A stretch of 64,000 nucleotides of DNA from Eledone cirrhosa. Taxonomy: Eukaryota. This document shows, piece after piece, positions 12,631 to 28,607 of the stretch. The stretch lies in the NCBI GenBank assembly GCA_964016885.1, contig OZ024741.1, positions 63,240,001-63,304,000 of the forward strand, written 5' to 3'. The notes beneath the pieces were generated by a model. It was not told where the DNA came from, did no database searches, and was given only the letters and a program-made list of their open reading frames with translations. Position 1 is the stretch's first letter; every line of letters starts with the position of its first letter. Made by a program: the position numbers and the translations under genes.

Positions 12631-15360
12631 TAATTTATGTTGAAATCAATTGAAAAATTATGAAACTCGCCCTTAACACATGTTTTCTTGCTTTGATTTT
12701 TTCTTTTGCTGTAAGTAAAGGGACGTACCTATAGCTATCGGAGGTCCTTCACGACCGATGGGAGTAGAGATGTTAGTTATATGTCAAAGGCAGTAGGATA
12801 AACATGGGAAGGGTTGTATTTCTAGATGGTCGGATGATGAGAGAAAAAACGTGTAAATCGATAGTGTGTAAATGGAAATGGTAGAAGTCTAGCTAGCTTC
12901 AAGAAACAGAAGCCCTTATTGTGAGAAGAGACATTACATCGGTGGGTTTAAGGTTGGTGTGTGTTTGGGAGCAATTTCATGCTAACCAATCAAAAGGCTT
13001 TCGTTTGGACGTGATCTATGATGTATGTCTGTGTGGCAAAAGGACCCTCCCATTTGTTCAAGCAATACACTTTTGTGGATTTCGCCAAAATCTCATAAAA
13101 ATTTCGAAGCTGTCCGAAGATGAAATATTTTATGGCCTTGAAGGTCAGCATTCGGGTATCAGAAGCTGCAACATTTAGAATGTTCATTCACCAGGAGAGG
13201 TACTCAGTCATTATTTGGTCTAGATCATGAGGGTTCTCTGGTATAGAGTGCCAGAATGAGATGCGATCTATATTTTTCATATTTACCTGCTATTAAAAGA
13301 GACAAAATTGGCATAACACAGAAATTGTTTACAAGATATCTATTCATGGAATTAATGCGAATTCAGTGCGAGATTTCTCGATTGTATATGATTAAGACTA
13401 GGGTGCAGAGGTTCAGTGAAGCATGACTTGTTTCTCGTCTCCGATGGAGAGGGGTGTTTGTTGGATAATATATATGTTTGAGCATGTGTGTGGATGTTGT
13501 GATGTTTGTTCTATATCAATAGGATCTGTGTGACCAAGGGAAGAGAAATAGTTTCTACCATACCAGTGTTAGAAAATCTCTTCAAGACCTCAGTACGGTG
13601 GAAGTATAAATAATGTAAACAGGATCGTATCATATATACATTAATATGTATGCGTTACGAATCATTGACAAATCAGTTGATAGCTTATCAACAAGTAGTA
13701 ATTTACTGAAGGTTTGTATGCTTGTCAGCGAGAGAGTCTCTATTAGAAATAACAGTCAAATATCTCTCAATTTACTCCATAACATTGTAGCAAAAGAGCA
13801 TACATTTGATAATGTAGTCATGACTGAAAATAAGATTGGTCCATCATGGCTGGACGGCTTTTGATCATAGCTCTGCTTACATAAATCTGATCTGAGACTA
13901 AACAGATAAAACAACTATCTACAACAAAATATATTGATAGTGATTCAATTGAAGTCATTCGTTTTTCAGCAACATAATGTTACTTCTTCCAACTGCATTC
14001 TAATTTTCTGAAGGTTTTATGTAATGGAAGAACATTATATAGAGTAGTCCTATATACTACTGGAATAATATATTGCTCGCTCTGATCGATCGACAAGATC
14101 CCAGACCTCATTTGTTTGCCGAGTGGGGTGGACCTTGTCAAATCGGACCAAGGAAACAAGGTTTCCATTGGTCTTTCCATTGCTGATACTACCTACCGGT
14201 TGAAATCTTGGCAGAAAGGAACTCGTGACCTCACGATTGCGAATCCAACTCCCTAACCACTAAGCCGCGCATCTTCACAATATTATAACGTATTCATTTT
14301 GGGTAGAAAGAACAATATTGATTTTTGTATAGTAGAGAAGTTAATAGAGGTTGGCAATAAGAGAGAAATACGTTTTGAATCAGAATTGAAATTTTAGATG
14401 ATAACGTACATAAGTATATAACAGTGCTTGTAAGGTTATCACCCCATAGTAACATAAGCTATTATCAACAAATTGATTTAAGTTCAAAATCAATTATAAG
14501 GTCCTGAGTATAAAATATAGATTGTTATGGTACGTGGATGTTTATGAAACGGAAGCTCAAGTCCTATAATATTGGCAAGTGTTGTCTGACTTAACATTGT
14601 ATGCTCCCTGTAGATGGAGGAAGATACAATAATGTAATACTTTGATGGCAAATTCGATACTACCATCCGTCAACGAGTTTGCAAATATACGCGCTAACTA
14701 ATACAGTATTCATATGTTCTTGAAGATGTGGAGTACACATATATTGTATATTCTGGCGGCTAATGACGCCAGTGAATGTGATCTTCTGAGCGTTTTAACT
14801 ATATACTTGAAATAGTCTTTGTATTTCTTCCCTTGGTGGCCCTCATCAGAAATAAAAATTGGACGTCTCACATGCAAAGTATTGTCCAACATATCGTAGC
14901 TGTATCTTCGTTATTGCTCTTTCCTCAGAACTCCCACGTTCGTTAATCTCTTCTACCATTTAGCCTGCGTATGTTCTACAGCATATATTGATCGAAATCT
15001 AAGTATAATGCTGTAGAAATCTTAAAGTTATTAATCATTTGGTAAAGATAGTCTACTTGTAAAAATCTTACAGATAAAATTGAGGTTGATGTTGTTTAAC
15101 GCTAGGTCAATCCTATATCATGCAGACGTATGTTCAAACGAATTCCAGCTGTAACTACTCCATGTTTTTAGAGGAATGTATAATACAACATTATCTAAAA
15201 TATCCTTGTTATTTCAAGGTCGAGTGTTTCTTACTACGTGTAAGAAGTACAATAGTGAATTCATTGTTGTACTTAATGTTGTTTAGCTCCAAGTAAATTA
15301 TGATGAGGCGGCCTATGATCAAAGGGACCTCAGACATAGCAGCATCGTGCATTATTTTGA

Positions 15361-15530
15361 GGGATTGGCAGTTTCGTTAGAGAGTCGGACGCCATGCTTT
15401 GCAGCATTGAGTTACGGCCCTTTATCATCTGAGTTCAAATCCTGCTGAGGTTAACTTTGCCTTTCATCCTTATGGGGTCGATAAACTGGGATAATTGCCG
15501 GCCTTGTGTCAAAAGCAGAAACAATTATTT
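15361..15530 (+). mobile_element. tRNA-derived SINE, family 1
   Basis: A-box-like TGGCAGTTTCGTT, B box GAGTTCAAATCC, central gcctttcatccttatggggtcgataaa (MetaSINE-like domain, recalled), 3' end ccttgtg...agaaacaattatt. Confidence 0.85.
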
Positions 15531-15810
15531 CATGTGTCCGTCATTTTAAAGATGGTTAAATTGTGAGTTGAGGGATGACGAAGTAACGATACTCTGAGTT
15601 ATGCCAATGCACAAAGATGGAGATCAAGACTAATACTCCAGATATTACAGTCGACAACTGTACATTTATTATATGAGGACATCCAATACATGAGAAACAA
15701 CGAAACTAATATCATAGCACATACTGAAACTAGACATGGCAGTGTTTGGTAATGCAGTGACAGGATGAAATCAAAATAGGACGCGTAATAATTAATAACG
15801 TTAATGTTAA

Positions 15811-16166
15811 TAATAATTGTTTCTACTTCAGGCACAAGGCCAGCAATTTTGGGGGAGGGGAAAGTCGATTAAATCGATTCCAGTGCATTACTGGTGCTTT
15901 ATTTTATCGACTCCGTAAGGATGAAAAGCAAAGCTAAACTCGGCGGGATTTGAACTCGGGATGTAAAGGGCCCTAACTCTATGCAACAAAGAATGGTGTC
16001 AGACGCTCTACCGATACTGCCAATACGCATAATGATAATGATTTCTACTATAGGCACATGGCCAGCAATTTGAGCGTGGGGAAAGTGGATTAAATTGACT
16101 CCAGGGCATTACTTGTGATTTATTTTATCGACCCGGTAAGAATGAAAGGCAAAACTAACCACGGCA
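15811..16166 (-). mobile_element. Two tandem SINE family 1 copies
   Basis: Full copy at about 15811-16027 and a 5'-truncated copy at about 16031-16166, separated and flanked by short AAT repeats. Confidence 0.85.
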
Positions 16167-16864
16167 ATAATAATATAACCAACTTTATGAGATAATCATG
16201 TGAAAATAGGATGAATGATGATACTTTTTATAGAAGACATTCTCTACTGATTTGGAAAAATGACACAGCGATTAATATAATCCTAGATACTCCAAGAATG
16301 GCGAGATGAGAACCATTAAGGTGAAGCTCTGTTCTATAAGAGTTGAAATGAGGTGCAACAATAACAACCAAAACAATACATGCATAAAAACATAGCGAAT
16401 ATGGTGACTGGCGAAGAAGAGAGATCAAAGTAGAAATGATGTTCACAGATTGAGATAGTTATTAGATTACTATCAGCAACAACGGTTATTTATTAGTAAC
16501 AATAATCCCACAAATGGAAATATTAAATTATATAAAGCACGCTAATAAATATGTTTATACTGAACGATAAAAAATGTGTGTTTATGATAAACTATAAATT
16601 GATATTTATTCATATATGCTGAAGCTAAAGACTTAATAATTCATTATCCATCTCTGAATTAGACTGGTAGTAAGCGCAACGTTAATAACTTCGGTTGATT
16701 TCTAATGATTAAATGCAAGAAGTTATATTGTAGAGGCGTGTTTTGAATAAATATAAGTAAGTTATTAAAACTTTTGTATTAAAGCTGCATATATATATAT
16801 ATATAAAATTCTTTCATCAAATATTTAACACTCAGAATTATAGAACAGTGCAATTTGAACGGTG

Positions 16865-16942
<78 letters not shown>

Positions 16943-17104
16943 CACTGTTCTATAATTCTGAGTGTTAAATATTTGATGAAAGAATTTTCTTTTTCGGAAT
17001 TTCCTTACGTTTTTCATATAATTCTTATATTATGTGTAATATAAATCGGTGAAGTGCTATGAGTTGTGCAGGTATATTGATATCATTTATTAATAAACAG
17101 CTTA

Positions 17105-17305
17105 AATACTTTCTGAAATTTCAGAGTGAATGAGTTAAATAATCAATGAAGCAAACAAACAGATCAAAGCTACTCTCACTGTGATGATGAAGTACATAGA
17201 AGATTGAGAATGATAATAGAATTGAAGAGGTTTATAAATTTGCGCCAGACAAATTTGAAATGATGTGAAATCCATATGGAAATGATACACAAATCTAATC
17301 AATAT
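17105..17305. repeat. Dispersed repeat with a second copy at about 22905-23152
   Basis: aatcaatgaag...gtgatgatgaagt...ccatatggaaatgata...tctaatcaata shared in the same orientation. Confidence 0.85.
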
Positions 17306-17405
17306 ACATACACATACCTCACACACAGACACACGTACATACATATATACATATATATATATACACACACACATACATACACACATACATACATACATAC
17401 ATACA

Positions 17406-17438
<33 letters not shown>

Positions 17439-17469
17439 GCATGCATACATACGTACATACATACATACA

Positions 17470-17500
<31 letters not shown>

Positions 17501-17848
17501 GCGCAGGTGTATGTGGTGTCTGAGTTAGTAATGTTACTGATGTTTGTTGTAATAGGTGGAAAAGGTGGCAGTATTCAGGCCGTTGAGGTGGGGTATTAGG
17601 GAGTATTCGTAGTGTTAGCTGACCGTGTGCCATGGGGTCATCTGCGCCCGCGATTAGCACAGATTAAACGATTTAGCAAACAATTTCAATTTGTGCTAAT
17701 ATTAAATATATGCTCTAATGTTTTATATATATACTTATACATACAACCCTTCTCGTTTCCTCTCAGGATTAATACTATATATATATAAGCAAATATTGAA
17801 CCAAGAAAAATATGAACAACGGCGAGAAATTAGATTAGGAATTTACTT

Positions 17849-17959
17849 GCTTTAACATATGTTTCCGTTTGTATTATAATCATCTACATATGCTGACTAA
17901 AATATATATTGTTCAATCATATGTAATACTTAATTATTTATCACACTTCATCAGAAAGC
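17849..17959 (-). ncRNA. Type-I hammerhead with extended (about 80 nt) stem II region
   Basis: gcttt-CTGATGA-...-GAAA-CATATG-TT-aaagc. Stem III is the palindrome ACATATGT. Confidence 0.65.
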
Positions 17960-18807
17960 TTATAATTTTGGAAGTGACTATTCACTTCGCCGTAGAATTT
18001 AGGAATGTAATTTATATATATATTCTTCGAAAGAGAAAAGCCTTCTGATCTCTTTCTCAATAGAAATCCGCTTGGATTATCTATTTGTTTCGGATCTGAA
18101 ACCGCGGTAAGGGCACATATAGTAAGTACAGTGAATTTTTTACAATTAAATTATTTATTATTTTTTGAGATATTTTCTGTGTTTACACACTTGATTTTAT
18201 GTGTTCTGGCTTGTTGATTTATTAACTTGCCATTGAACCACACTGGCATACGGTAGGACTATAATTGTGTCCCTGTGTGTATAATTTAGGAACACATACT
18301 TTTATAATATATATATATATATAAACGTTTAGCTACACCAAATTTTACATTAGTAGATTTGCCATAAGGGTACTATTTTGACTGCTATTTTCAGCACTTA
18401 TTTTGTCCAGTCATATAACGTATACCTTCTTGTTTAACATCATGCTGTTTAACACCATGCTGTTTTATTCGATTGTCTTACTTAGACAGGTAACTAGTTA
18501 ATGTACAGAGTGAGATATTTATAGTAAAACCTTAAGAACTTACAGACGAATGATGTTGCTTGGTGTTAATGATGGTTGTTATTTGGATCGATGATTGGCG
18601 AATGAGCCCGATTATTAGATCAGTTATAAGCATCATATTCTGGAATTTATCATGAAACGGCCGTGTAAGTGAACATTAGACAATTTCGGCTTGATTCTAT
18701 CTATGAATGAGTAAATGTATTATTTATCATTCTATATTTATGTACATAATATTAGTTGTTTCTCAACTAGATATATGAAAATGATGTTTTTGTATATCGT
18801 TTAAATT

Positions 18808-18858
<51 letters not shown>

Positions 18859-18867
18859 ATAATAATA

Positions 18868-19888
<1,021 letters not shown>

Positions 19889-20408
19889 TAGACAATTCTA
19901 TTGACTAATTAATTGCTTAAGTTTATTTAAAAACAACCCGGTCGAGAGCTTACTTCGATTTGTGCAGTTTTTTGCAATTTTTGCAATACATTTAAACATT
20001 TTGAATGCACCCGCCAAAAACCGGGGTTACCTCACTGTAGGGTAAACACGTGGGGTGGTCACACCACTAATACTGCATTGGAACCCGGTAGCCAAATGAG
20101 AACAAAATACCTTTTGACGAAATGGCTACCTTGTTCGATCGTTATACCAAAAGTTTACAACGAAAGCAGGCAGTATAATTGATTTAGAAGTCACAGAAAC
20201 CTCTCACTGGATTTTACCAACAATTTCCAGGAGGTGCAGGTAAATTATTTTGTTAACCGGTTTAGCTTGCTTCGTTTTTTTGGCTCCGGTGGCTGATGGC
20301 TTCACCACCACTGTTTTCATTTTATCTGGCCTCTCTAACGTATGTTAATTGCTCTGGTCTTCTTTTAGTCTCTTGATCGCCGAATTACGATCCCACTGAA
20401 ATTATATT

Positions 20409-20483
<75 letters not shown>

Positions 20484-20604
20484 GAAATGGCTTCTACAGG
20501 ACTAGAACTGTTTCATTCGAAGAAATCACCAGGAAAGCTTCCTGGTGATTTCCTTCGAATGAAACAGTTCTCGTCTTGTAGAAGCCATTTCTATATTAAA
20601 AATG

Positions 20605-21490
<886 letters not shown>

Positions 21491-21491
21491 A

Positions 21492-21564
<73 letters not shown>

Positions 21565-21568
<4 letters not shown>

Positions 21569-22162
21569 TATGTACACGTACATACATATATGTATACAGA
21601 CGTACAGTAGTATGTATATATATATATATACATACATGCACACATATATATATGTACGTATGGATTCACCGATCATTTATTATAATGCTCGGTGTGCTTG
21701 TAAACAAACATCCCGTATTAAGCCGTAGTGTCCAGCAACCATCGTTGCTCGCTTGTTCAACGCTGACAAAAGAACGCTGTACTAGTTTCAAGCTTATTAG
21801 CTATCGTTTTCGGTGCACCCGGCCGATTAACTCACTCGATATGCTAATTGGGCTTCGCAGCTATTAATATGCATAAGGTAAGTATATACGTTCAACAATC
21901 TGGCAGGAAGGTATACGTTGCTGACGATAGCTAATAAGCTTGAAACTAGTACAGCGTTCCTTTGTCAGTGTTGAACAAGCGAGCAAAGATTGTTGTTGGA
22001 CACTACGGCTTAATACGGGATGTTTGTTTACAAACACACCGAGCATTATAATAAATGTTCGGTGAATCCATACGTACATATATATATATGTGTGCATGTA
22101 TGTATATATACATACTATTGTACGTCTGTATACATATATGTATGTACGTGTAGTTACTTATA
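21565..22162. repeat. Inverted repeat with about 240-bp arms, hammerhead-bearing family also at 1930-2230
   Basis: 21565-21807 is the reverse complement of 21924-22162. The left arm stops inside the hammerhead core. Confidence 0.9.
21916..21956 (+). ncRNA. Minimal type-I hammerhead ribozyme (same family as 2136-2176)
   Basis: cgttg-CTGACGA-tagctaataagctt-GAAA-CTAG-TA-cagcg. Stem I differs from the 2136 copy but still pairs. Confidence 0.87.
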
Positions 22163-22219
22163 TTTAAGTAACAGCCGTACTAAGAGTGGGAAATGAAATT
22201 TCGTTTCATTTGTTCCGTT

Positions 22220-22324
<105 letters not shown>

Positions 22325-23169
22325 ATATGATTATATATACATATGTATATGTATATATGTATATGTATATATGTATATGTATATATGGGTGTGCGGAGGA
22401 TGCTTATGAGATTGTATATTTGTGAGTGTCAGTGTGGAATGTTTACCAGCTTGGAGAAGACTGCCGTTTTGCTTGACACTGCCATTTTCTGCCCACTCCA
22501 CTCACAAACCTCACTATCGCAGGTATCATTTTACACCTCGGACACCCAACCACTCGCACAAGGATCAAACAGAATTTAATTTTTCGCCTTGGAACTACTT
22601 ATTCGAATGGACTCAAATTTCCTTCACTGTTTCTGTAGCTTCCCTTTATCCTTGCTCTCAGACTCAAACATGTTCATACACAAATATGTCCAGCTACCAC
22701 ACAATAGACACGTTTACAGCTGCCGTATTTACCATCCAAAACACATATAACCCTCAATGCATATCCAACCTATCAGACACATCGCTCCTGCCACGGACAG
22801 ATGTAGCTTTCCATACACATAAACTGCATACCTACCAATACGGTTGCATAATATGCCTATACATCCGCACCCACGTCCATTATAACACTATCTCCCCTCT
22901 AGCGTAAATACTTTCTGAAATTTCAAAGTGAATAAGTAAAACACTCTAGCTTAAATAATTTCTGATATTTCGGAGGGAATAGGTTAACTAATCAATGAAG
23001 TAAACAAGAGGAACTAAGCCACTCTCTCTGTGATGATGAAGTGCATAGAAGATTAAGAATGATAATAGATTGAAGTATTTTATAAATTTGTGCCAGACAA
23101 ACTTCAAATAATATGTAATCCATATGGAAATGATACGCAAATCTAATCAATACACACACACACACACAC

Positions 23170-23242
<73 letters not shown>

Positions 23243-23440
23243 TATACATACATACATATATAAATACATACAAATATACGTGTATATGTAGATATATATA
23301 TTATATATGCACACATATACACAAACGCACACACACAGAGACACACAGCCACGCACGCGTACACCCACCCCCACTCTCAATAAGCGTGAACCTAATACCT
23401 TTCGTATCTTTTACTCCTGTGTTGTTGTTTTTTACTTTCC

Positions 23441-23472
<32 letters not shown>

Positions 23473-23999
23473 TATAATGTATGTAATTCAATGGTGTGTT
23501 GTCAGATGGAGATTCAAGAAGTGAGCAATCCTATATATATAGAGTGAGAGAGTTTCAGAAGATCCCGTTAAGGGGGAAAGCAGCGATTCTTTGTTTAAAC
23601 TTTAATCTATTATTTTAATAAATATATATATATATATATATTCTTTTACTGTTTTCAGTCACAAGACTGTAGACAATCGGGGCACTACCTTGGTTTAATC
23701 AATCAAATCGACCGTGGCACACATTTGCTATCGTGTCTGGTGCTGAAGGTATTGATCTCCAATTGTTAGTACATGAACAAAATGAACAAACAGTAAAATT
23801 AAATACGAATACGAAACTTCGGACTCACACACATATATTCCTCTAGCTGCCTTACTTTCTCTTTCACTTTTACGCACACACACACACACACAGACACACA
23901 GACACACGGACACACACACATGCACACACACAAACACACACAAACACACACATATATATATAGAGAGAGATTTTGAGTATATGTTGGTTGAATACCAAC

Positions 24000-25331
24000 A
24001 CCTAGTATGCAGGCTGGAGCACTCGACGAAGTGTGCAGGTTGGTTTGGTTACTCCGGTGTAATGTAAAATAAAGTTAAATAAAAAGTCAAATGTTTAAAA
24101 TTTAGCTTCGTTTATTACTGCTATATATATTTCAGTGACAGCCATCTTTGGCTGTGACCTCTTCAGGCAGTCCGAATTAGTGTGGTATAGACAAGTACAT
24201 ATGTTGTTGAGGTGTATAATTTTGTCAATACTCTGATATGTCCAGTTCCTGGTTAAGTTGTTATTTCTCTGAGGAACTGGAATCATAATAATACAAACAA
24301 ACGAATTTCAGTGTCAAATGGCCTCTTCTCCTCTCATTCGTGTCAGTTGTGAGAACATTCCTCATTCTAAGTGTAGTTATTGTTGGAGTTAGCTTAAAAA
24401 ATTGATAAAGTGGTAGAAGGAACAGAGTGGTAAAGGAAAAAATAGCAAAAAAAAGTGTCAAACTTCCCATTGGTCAGTTTTGAGAGCATTCTATATTCTA
24501 TAGACTTCTGACTGAGAAATGCTCTCAAAACTGACCAATGGGAAGTTTATATATATATATATATATTGTGTGTGTGTGTGTGTAGGAAAATGATTCCTTT
24601 AGTAGGAATATTTTTGAATGAACATATTTTCCTTACTTATTCGTATTTGTTCTGTTGTATTGTCAGTGCAAACGTATGTTAAGGTTTATTTAGTTCGGGT
24701 TTTTATTTTCTAAAGTAGAAGGTGTTATGTGTGTGTGTGTATGTCATATTATGGTGTTGACATAATGTATATTAAACCATATTTAATGCTGGTCTATATT
24801 TTTGAATAAACATATTTTCCTTATTTATTCGTATTTGTTCTGTTGTATTGTTAGCGCAAAGGTAAAATGGGAAGACTTGGAATTTGGGTGTCTTATTACT
24901 TGCGCAAATGTCTAGATGTGCACTTAGTGGTATCTGTCTCGTGGTTGGATCTCGTAATTGTTGGCGATGAACTGTCATTCTGTTTCTGAGTGTGAGTTTA
25001 GTTTGTCCTATATAATCTTCATTGCATCCTTTACATTTAATGGCATAAAGTAGATTTTTTGATGAGCAAGTGAAGTGATTTTTTACAGTAAAATTTTGTC
25101 TTGATTTAAATGTATACGTGTTGCCTTGAATGAGGTGAGTGCAGGTTCCACAATTAGAGCGACCACATTTTTTTATAGTTGGTTGTGGGTTTGTTGTAGG
25201 TAATTTGGCATTGGTGTGTAATGTTTTCAGTGATTTTGGTTGTCTTTTGCTTTTGATTATTTTGTGTGTTTCAAGGGCTTTTTTCATTCTTGGGTTTTGT
25301 TTTAGTAGTGGGATGTTCTTGTGAATAGTGT

Positions 25332-25335
<4 letters not shown>
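24000..25335 (-). mobile_element. 5'-truncated Penelope-like element (Neptune-type Cys linker + GIY-YIG) with 3' region carrying a hammerhead
   Basis: ORF 24772..25287: RQPKSLK, CGRSNCGTC, FTCSSKNLLYAIKC..C..YIGQT..LRNRM..H, KENMFI..PALN. Partial tandem repeat of the ORF end at about 24612-24675. Hammerhead at 24117-24171. 5' break at (TA)n. Confidence 0.88.
24117..24171 (-). ncRNA. Minimal type-I hammerhead ribozyme downstream of a GIY-YIG ORF
   Basis: actgc-CTGAAGA-ggtc acagcc aaagat ggctgt cact-GAAA-TATATA-TA-gcagt. Confidence 0.88.
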
Positions 25336-25380
<45 letters not shown>

Positions 25381-25387
25381 AATATAT

Positions 25388-25927
25388 AAACAAACATGCT
25401 TTAATACAGTGATTTATTTCATATATGCATACATTGATACGTACATATACAGATACATACGTACAAGCATCACATGTATATCATGTATATACATAAAACG
25501 TACGTTCAGGAAATGTAAAATTGCATAAAGCTTTGGTGGGATAGGAACTAGTAATATATTCTGAAACTGAATATGTAGAATCTAAAGATCCGAAATGATA
25601 TAAGTAAACTAAAGGAAATTCCATGAGGCTTTATATGTATCACGTATATATATATATATATATATATACGTGATACATATATAAGCCTCGTGGAATTTCC
25701 TTTAATTTACTTATATCACTTCGGTTCTTTAGATTCTACATATTCAGTTTCAGAATATATTACTAGTTCCTATCCCACCAAAGCTTTATGCAATTTTACA
25801 TTTCCTGAACGTACGTTTTATGTATATACATGATATACATGTGATGCTTGTACGTATGTATCTGTATATGTACGTATCAATGTATGCATATATGAAATAA
25901 ATCACTGTATTAAAGCATGTTTGTTTA
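25388..25927. repeat. Near-perfect palindrome, about 260-bp arms centred on (TA)n
   Basis: aaacaaacatgctttaatacag...gtatcacg(ta)n cgtgatac...ctgtattaaagcatgtttgttt. Confidence 0.95.
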
Positions 25928-27994
25928 TTTGTTCACACACTCACTCACACACACACACCTACACCCCCCCACACACACACACACATATATATATAGAGAG
26001 AGAGAGATTTATACATATATAGTACATTAGAGTATAATTGTAAATTTGAACGAAAGAGAAATCAAAGAAATTCCAAATGTTGTGATATCTACTATAGTTT
26101 TCCAATGTTCATATCCCGTAATCCCAGCTCAGCCCAGATCAAGCAGCCCTAATACCCAATACATTTTTCTCGTGGCCATCCCACTTAGACTTCAGAAAGA
26201 TTATTTTCAGGACTACATTATCCAATATGTTCTTCCTATTTTAAATATGCTTTCAGTGATAATTGTCTGCGGCTGAAACGATCGGGTATAGGTCCCCATC
26301 CAATGATACGTTAATTCTATTGTTGTTCAGACTCGGGTTACCTCTGAGGGATCAGAACTAAAATGATAAGCACACCAACTAAGATCAGATTGTTTTTTTT
26401 GTTTCAGCCGTTGGATAACTAAGAACATGATATCCAGTATTAATTTTATTTTTATTTTTAACATTATATGGGAGGGTTGAGAAAAAAAATTGTCTTCTAA
26501 CTTTATCAGATCACGCACTTCTTGTACATTAAAAAATTGTTTTTATTCTTTAGTCACGGCTCATCTATGACCCGGCATACCTATGCCAATGTGTCTTTTT
26601 ATAAAATAGACGAGAGTGAATTAGAAAATATTTTCCTACTATTTCTAACACATCAAGTAACCACATAGATGCTCGTTTTCCGTACATTTTAATGCTAGAT
26701 TATCAAATGTTGTCAAATTTCCTTTCTTAATTTCTATTCTTGTCGGTTAGAATAAGAATATAACTATACTGTTGGTAGTTTAACCTTTAAATCAAAACGT
26801 TGTTATTTAACACTGAAGTGGTTTATCACATGTGAATGGAGTTAATGATCAATAATAGAAAAGGGAATTATCAGATGACATTTTCTCCCGACACAAAATG
26901 GAGGATTTGTTACTACTAAGACAACTACAATCACCACCACCAACAATACTACTACTGCCATCACCACCATTTCCATCTACCAAATTTCACTGAAAAAGCC
27001 ATGGTAAACCTACTTGTCCAAGATATTTGTAGTGGTGTTGAACTCGGTATCTCATGATTGCGAAGCCAACTTCTTAACCACTTAATCACAACTGTGACCG
27101 GTGTGTCAGAGCGGATGATTAAGTAGTGTGGGGGCTTGACAATATTTCATCAGCTATATCGTGCTGTTATCATAAACATGGACATGTATTCAAAAACTAC
27201 AAAACCATTCCTAGATTCTTTGATTTGAGAATATCTGTTAAAGTTTTATTTATATATTTAAATTTATTTATTAACTTACTATTTTATCTTTTTTTATTTT
27301 ATTTTATTTATTTGTTATTTATTTATTTACTTTTCAAATAAAGTTGCTTAGAAATACACAGCAGCTCTGAAAGCTTCACACAACCTCGGCAAGACAGGGA
27401 AGAGACAACTAGTCTATTTATTTGTGTGTCCATTATTATGCATGCTTCACTTGAACAAAGATCAATATGAAATTAGTACACATTTCAGAATAAAACTGTA
27501 GCGTAGGCAGTGGATACTAAGTGTCCTACCATGTTCATGAATGACATTTATACATAGAGGAGAAATGTTGTCAAACGTGCTTTGGCAGTTAAGAGAATTT
27601 GATATAACTGCGGGTTTACCTATGACTCTAACTACAAAATGAAAAAGACACATAACGTTATGGTACACAGTAACATAATTATGATATACAGAGTAACATA
27701 GCTCTATAAAACAAAGAAAGTTATACTATGAGATATATTGCAATAAACCTATAACATACAGTGTATTATGGTTATATGTTAGATAGCAACATAGCTCTAA
27801 TAGACATAGGGACAAAACTATAATTATATACATCACAATTTAGCTATAAATTATATATTTAACTATAATATGAAAAATAACATAAGCAGAATATTCATTG
27901 TACAATATAGTCGCATAGCTATAATATACATAGGCACAGCTATAATATCCACACTATTATAAAATACATATTGGCACCATCAAATATATTTACA

Positions 27995-28420
27995 ATGATA
28001 ACATAAGGAAAATATAGGCTTCCCTTCGCAGCTCGAGCTTGGGTGATTGGAGCGAGGAGATAGTTGAAGACCAGCGAGCATCATGATCTTCCCTTTCGAT
28101 AGTGTACGCAAGGTGCAGCCACACTTTCTCCAACGGCAAATTGGTGCATTCGGTAACAGACTCAGGCTCTGTTGCCCGACAAGCCCAAGATCGCAAGCTG
28201 ATAAAGTATCGGTCACTCTCTGAGACCTTTGTCATTCATAGTCCCTGGATCATCTCCATACTTACTACCGAGGTGGAAATATCCAGCCGCAGGAGTCAGC
28301 CCCGCGAAGAGGAATGTCTATATCAACACGTCTCGCTCAACTTCCTCCGGGGCGCCACTTTATCAATTCTGTCCGCTGAGACATTGAGACAGCGAAGTTT
28401 GAGAACTCTTTCTCATATTG
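27995..28420 (-). mobile_element. Degenerate Tx1/L1-like ORF2 C-terminal relic
   Basis: GC-richer island. Translation LQLSPRSNHPSSSCEGKPIF loosely parallels IQLSAESI..PPSSFSREGQEVF of the 55-61 kb element. Confidence 0.45.
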
Positions 28421-28607
28421 TTTACGTTGTATGGAAAATATGTATCAGAAATGTAAAATACAGCAATTCACATGACATATGACAGTAAAATATACATAGA
28501 AATGTGGGTATATTATATATAGTCGCAAACCTATTAAATGCACTGTAGCACAGTTATGATATATACAATGACATGTTTACAACATGATAAATAATTGATA
28601 AATAATT

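Noticed and set aside
12700-13990. Possible very old CR1/L2-like RT relic on the minus strand (GPILFSV-like remnant near 13840)
   Set aside because: Too degenerate to support from a single short motif.
15361-15450. tRNA gene
   Set aside because: The A/B boxes belong to SINE heads and no complete cloverleaf can be formed.
18040-18115. Additional hammerhead-like remnants (18040-18115, about 50333-50400, 47750-47805, 10325-10396, 8800-8875)
   Set aside because: The catalytic core is mutated (e.g. CTGATCT, CTGACGG, TTGATGA), so they are not called as ribozymes.
24470-24549. 31-bp perfect inverted repeat as a terminator or separate element
   Set aside because: It lies inside the Penelope 3' region next to a (TA)n run and is treated as another local fold-back. 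Bacterial terminator logic does not apply.
27619-27632. Possible 12-nt micro-exon on the minus strand (ttttgtag|TTAGAGTCATAG|gtaaac)
   Set aside because: The donor is weak, inclusion would create an immediate stop, and the flanking exons already join in frame.
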